Shown here piece by piece: positions 58,418-64,000 of a stretch of 64,000 nucleotides of DNA (its first letter is position 1; each line of letters begins with the position of its first letter). Under the pieces are notes generated by a model. It was not told the origin of the DNA and ran no database searches. It was given only the letters and a program-made list of their open reading frames with translations. The position numbers and the translations under genes are program-made. Origin of the DNA: Squalus acanthias (lineage: Eukaryota); the NCBI GenBank assembly GCA_030390025.1, contig JASTWF010000093.1, positions 310,001-374,000 of the forward strand. The letters run 5' to 3'.

Positions 58418-58820
58418 ATGGCCCGGATTTTGTAGTCAGTGGTGAAGGAGCGGCGCTCGACCATCATTACGCTTACAGCTGCCCCCACAGGCTTTGTGCA
58501 GGCTTTTGAGCAGCAACTTACAGTACTTGGAGATAATTTTCAGCGTAGACTTATCATGCCATTAAAAATTCACTTACACATGAATGCACCAGCCCTAACT
58601 TTTTCGACTGTGTTTAGTGGACAAAAACTGCAACTTCACGCCCTTAATGCAGAGTCTCTCGGCGAGGTACCAGTGTAGCGCAACTTGTGGAGGAGCAACA
58701 TCCCGATTTCTCCATTTAACTGCGCATGTGCGGAATCCGAAAGTTGCTGTCCAATTTACTTCATAATAACGGTGAGCGCGGTTTGCCTCACGTTATTTCT
58801 ACCGCAAAAATCTGGGCCAT
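58418..58820. mobile_element. MITE-like element with imperfect terminal inverted repeats
   Basis: ATGGCCCGGATTTTG .. CAAAAATCTGGGCCAT; similar TIR pairs at about 57897-58089 and 48178-48860. Confidence 0.45.
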
Positions 58821-59835
58821 GTCTATGAAGCGAAAATCCAAAAGATCACAACTCGGCCTTCGCAATGCTCAAAATAAGTTATCAAGTTTATACAAAAGAT
58901 TTTAAACTTAGCAGAAAACAGCACTAATTTTAAAATCATCATCGTCGTCAGAAAAGCAGAACTCTGAGAACGTTGAGGCATCTTATTAATCGGATTCTGT
59001 GAATAAAGTAATGAATTCAAAGTTATCATTCAGTTTGTTACAATTTGCAGTTTCCCTTCCTCTCCTGAAGGTGGTGACTCTCCATTTCCCCCAGCAGTGG
59101 TTGCCCTGATACCTTACCCGAGTCCCCAATATTCATACGTGAGCCTCGACAATCGATATCAGCAGACGATCAAACATCACAGCCAAGCACAATCCCCTCC
59201 TCAACCAGCATCCATCCACATGATTTTCCACATACAGATCACTAGATAGCAGTCAGGAGAAGGGAACCCTAACCCATATAATAATGCCCCTACTGTTAGC
59301 CTAGCTGAGAATAGCAAGATCTGTATAGGCCAGGAATTGAAGCAAATAGATTCTTAGCCCGTATGACTGAGGAGTGGAGACTTTACCAAGTCAACATTTT
59401 GTTAAATGCAATCCTTTGTACTTTAACAAAGGAAGTAACTCTTCTCCCCCATGTCAATTTTCCTCTCAATCTCCTTCCCTGAAGTTTGACTCTCTGCAGG
59501 GTATGGTTCCACAGGACAGGTCCACCCTCAGCTACCTGACCAAGTGGCCATTATTCATGTGTAAACCTCGACAGCCTGCTCAACCACAAAACCATCACAG
59601 TTCAGTCTGTTCCTGTACCCACCTGATGCACATACCTGCATCCTGCTGATGGTGGTTCCCGGAGAGGGAATCTTGACCAATTTTCTAACTAACCCAGAGG
59701 TCAACGATTACACCACTGGTACAGCCCAGCTGAGGTTAACTAAATCAGCAGAGACTGGAGATCTAAGGAGTATGATTTTTATTTGAAGCAGACCATGAAC
59801 AAGGAACAAAAATGAAAACAGAAATAAGCATGTAC

Positions 59836-59970
59836 CTGCAAATATTAGACACAATGCCCTGGCCACTTCATTTTGCATTACTGACAAAGCACATGTACTG
59901 TCCAGCATCCTCTGGTCTCACTCTGTCTAGCTTCATTGAAACGCTCCTTGTTTTAACTCCTCTGGGAATA
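59836..59970 (-). pseudogene. 3' part of another IgV exon, frameshifted and cut off by a CR1
   Basis: Close match to 21256-21392 and the adjacent intron; small deletions; abuts the CR1 tail at about 59972. Confidence 0.82.
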
Positions 59971-59971
59971 T

Positions 59972-62900
59972 CAGAACATAAGAAATAGGAGCAGGAGTCG
60001 GCCATTTGGCCATTCCATAAGATCATGGCTGATCTTCTACCTCATCTCCATAGACCTCTGGGGTAGGGAATTCCAAAGATTCACCACCCTCTGAGAGAAG
60101 AAATGTCTCCTCATCTCAGTCCTAAACGACCGACCCCTTATTCTGAGACTGTGATCCCTGGTTCTCGACTCCCCAGCCAGGGGAAACATCCTCTCTGCAT
60201 CTACCTGTCAAGCCCTGTATGAATTTTGTATGTTTCAATGAGATCACCTCTCATTCTTCTAAACTCCTGAGAATATAGGCCTAGTCTACTCAATCTGTCC
60301 TCATAGGATAATCCCCCCATCCCAGGAATCAGTCTGGTGAACCTTTGTTGCACTCCCTCTATGGCAAGTATATCCTTCCTTAGGTAAGGAGACCAAAACT
60401 GTACACAATACTTCAGGTGTGGTCTCACCAGGGCCCTATATAATTGCAGTATGACGTCTTTACTCTTATACTCAAATCCTCTTGTAATAAAGGACAACAT
60501 ACCATTTGCTTTCCTAATTGCTTGCTGTACCTGCATGTTAACTTTCAGTGATTCGTGCACAAGGACACCCAGGTCTCTCTGAACACCAACATTTCGCAAT
60601 CTCTCACCATTTACAAAAATACTCTGCTTTTCTGTTTTTCCTACCAAAATGGATAACTTCCACATTATATTCCATTTGCCATGTTCTTGCCCACTCACTT
60701 AATCGGTCTATATTCCCTTGTAGCCTCCTTGCATCCTCCTCACAACTTACATTCCCACCCAGCTTTGTATCATCAGCAAATGTGGATATATTACATTTGA
60801 TCCCCTCATCCAAATCATTGATGTAGATTGTGAATAGCTGAGGCCCAAGCACTGATCCTTGCGGTACCCCACTAGTTACAGCCTGCCAACCCGAAAATGA
60901 CCCGTTTATTCCTACTGTCTGTTTTCTGTCCATTAACCAATCCATGCTAGTATATTACCCCCAATCCCATGAGCCTTAATTTTGTTTAATAACCTCTTGT
61001 GTGGCACCTTATCTGAAAATCCAAATACACCACATCTACTGGTTCCCCCTTATCTATTCTGCTAGTTACAGCCTGAAAAAACTAATAGATTTGTCAAACA
61101 CGATTTCCCTTTCATAAATCCATGTTGACTCTGCTCAATCCTATTATTTTCTAAGTGCCCTTTTACCACATCCTTAATAGATTCATGCATTTTCCCTACT
61201 ACTGATGTCAGGCTAACTGGTCTGTAGTTCCCCGTTTTCTCTCTCCCTCCTCTCTTAAATAGTGGGGTTACATTTGCTACCTTCCAATCCGCAGGAACCG
61301 TTCTAGAATCTGTGGAATTTTGGAAAATGACAACCAATGCATCCACTATCTCTATAGCCAACTCTTTCAAAACCCTAGGATGTAGGCCATCAGGAACTGG
61401 GGATTTATTGGCATTCAGTCCCATTAATTTCTCCAGTACTATTTTTTTTTACTAATACTAATATCTTTCAGTTCCTCATTCTCGCTAGACCCTTGGTTGT
61501 CCAGTATTTCCGGGAAGTTTTTTGTGTCTTCTTCCATGTAAACAGACACAAAGTAGTTGTTTAATTTCTCTGCCATTTCCTTATTCCCCATTATAACTTC
61601 TCCTGTCTCAGCCTGTAAGGGAACTACATTTACTTTCACTAATCTTTTCCTTTTTACATACCTATAAAAGCTTTTACAGTCTGTTTTATGTCTCTCGCTA
61701 GTTTACTCTCATTCTATTTTCCTTTTATCAATTTCTTTGTCCTCCTTTGCTGAATTTTAAAATCCCCCCAATCCTCAGGCTTAATACTCTTTTTGACAGC
61801 ATTATAAGCCTCTTCCTTTGATCTAATACTATCTTTAACTTCTCTTGTTAGCCACAGTTGGACCACTTTTCCTGTGAGGTTTTTGTGCCTTAAAGGAATG
61901 CATATTTGTTGTAAATTATGTGTTAATTCTTTAAATGCTAGCCATTGTTCATCCACTGTCATACCCTTTAATGGATCACTTTTGATTTTGGGTTTTTATG
62001 CCCTAGAGGAATATATGTTTGCTGAAAATTATGCATTATTTCCTTGAATGTTAGCCATTGTATGTCCACCTTCATACCTTTTAGTGTAGTCTCCCAATCT
62101 ACCATGGCCAACTTGTCCCTCATACCCTTGTAGTTTCCTCTGTTTAGATTGACGACCTTAGTTTCAGATTGGACTACATCACTCTGAAAATTAATGTAAA
62201 ATTCAATCATATTATGGTCACTTGTCCCTAAAGGCCCCTTTACCACAAGATTATTGATTAGCCCTTTCTCATTACACAGTACCAGATCCAGAATAGCCTG
62301 TTCCCTGGTTGGTTCCTCTACATACTGATCCAGGAAACCATCTCGCATGCATTCCAAGAATTCGTCCCCCACACCATTAGTGGTAATTTGATTTGCCCAG
62401 TCCATATGTAGATTAAAGTCCCCCATGATTACCGTATTGCCCTTGTTACATGCACTTCTAATTTCTGGATTGATACTGTGCCCTACATTACCATTACTGT
62501 TTGGTGGCCTATACACAACTCCCACCAATGTTTTCCGCCCTTTGCTGTTTCTTAGCTCCAACCAAACTGAATCCAGTTCTACATCACGATCTGCCGAGCC
62601 AAGATCTTTTATCTCTACCGTACCGATCTCATCCCTTATTAACAGCGCTACGCCACCTCCTTTTCCTTTTTGTCTGTCCTTCCTAAATGTTGAGCACCCT
62701 GGAACATTCAGTTCCCAGCTTTGGTTACCCTGCAGCCATGTCTCTGTAATGGCAATGACATCATATCCATTTACTTCTATTAGTGTCATTAATTTCATCC
62801 ACCTTGTTGCGAATGCTACGTGCATTTAGATAAAGTGCCTTCAACTTTGCCTGTTTAATATTTTTCTGCACTTTGACCCTCTTTGCTGTTGGCCTTTGTT

Positions 62901-63690
62901 TCTGCTCCCTACTAGTTTTGCTGACTACTTTTCTAACTTGCACTTCCAGCTTTGTTTCTCTCCATTCTGGGCCCACACTTAGGTTCCCAGCCCCCTGACA
63001 AACTAGTTTAAATCATTCCCAACAGCACTAGCAAACCCCCCTGCGAGGATATTGGTCCCAGTTCTGCCGAGGTGTAATTCGTCCAGCTTGTACAGGTCCC
63101 GCCTTCCCCAGATTCGGTCCCAATGCCTCAGGAATTTAAATCACTCCCTCCCACACCATCTCTCCAGCCATGCATTCATCTGGTCTATTCTCCTATTTCT
63201 GCTCTCGCTAGCACGTGGCCCTGGGAGTAATCCTGAGATTACTACCTTTGAGGTCCTGCTTTTTCATTTATTTCCTAGCTCCCTATATTCTGCTTGCAGG
63301 ACCTCATCCCTCTTTCTACCTATGGCGTTGGTACCGATATGGACCACGACCTCTGGCTGTTCACCATCCCCCTTCAGAATGTCCTGCAGCCGCTCAGTGA
63401 CATCCTTGACCCTGGCACCAGGGAGGCAACATACCATCCTGGAGTCACATCTGCGGCCACAGAAACGTCTATCTGTTCCCCTTACGATAGAATCCCCTAT
63501 CACTATTGCCCTCCCACTCTTTTCCTCCCCTCCTGTGCAGCTGAGCCACTCGTAGTGCCACGGACTTGGCTCTTGCTGCATTCCCCTGAGAAACCATCTC
63601 CCCCAGCAGTATCCAAAACGGAAAATCTGTTGGAGAGGGAGATGGACCCAGGGGACTCCTGCACTACCTTCCTACTTCTTTTACTCTGAC
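59972..63690 (-). mobile_element. Near full-length CR1 LINE (ORF1 SGNH-esterase region plus fragmented APE-RT ORF2)
   Basis: ORF1 IVIGDSIVRG..CLPGARVKDV..VHIGTN; ORF2 YLNARSI, ITETWL, GDFN and FADD; frameshifts. Confidence 0.9.
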
Positions 63691-63739
63691 TGGCAAGGAC
63701 AGCATTTATTGCCCATCCCTAACTGCCATCTTCAGCTGC

Positions 63740-64000
63740 TTCATCAATGACCTTCCCTCCAACATAAGTTCAGAAGTGGGGATGTTCGCTGATGACTGCA
63801 CAGTGTTCAGTGCCATTCACAACTCCTCAGATAATGAAGCAATCCATGCCCGCATGCAACAAGACCTGGACGACGTTTAGGCTTGGGCTGATAAGTGGCA
63901 GGTAACATTCGCGCCACAGAAGTGCCAGGCAATGACTATCTCCAAGAAGCGAGAGTCTAACCACCGCCCCTTGACATTCAATGGCATTACCATCGCCGAA
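63740..64000 (+). mobile_element. LINE RT fragment running off the window end
   Basis: FINDLPSNISSEVGMFADDCTV. Confidence 0.7.

Overview
Repeat-dense vertebrate genomic DNA, most likely from a shark or other cartilaginous fish (inferred from its SINE/CR1/Penelope content). The main feature is a 14.75-kb, recently inserted minus-strand endogenous retrovirus (28453-43202). It has 1690-bp TG..CA LTRs, a 4-bp CAGT target-site duplication, a tRNA-Arg primer-binding site overlapping the gag ATG, and a Gag with a PPxY motif ending in a UGA-CUAG readthrough context. Its Pol has two RNase H domains. Its Env is not of the classical retroviral type: it resembles a class I F-type fusogen and has an Ig-like N-terminal domain. 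Together these fit a lokiretrovirus-like lineage. The protease region has been replaced by an antisense chimera of a CR1 3' end and a Tx1 ORF1. The provirus sits inside a B7-family (CD276-like) Ig-superfamily gene cluster. One member is an apparently intact 4-exon gene (282 aa; IgC without cysteines; Glu in the TM helix), and a disabled paralog lies at about 54-60 kb. The window also contains several Penelope-like elements (one with an intact ORF) carrying minimal hammerhead ribozymes, RTE/CR1/L2 LINEs, Deu-domain SINEs, a 5S rRNA pseudogene and two minisatellites. All calls are by eye; no database searches were run, and repeat boundaries are approximate unless a TSD is given.
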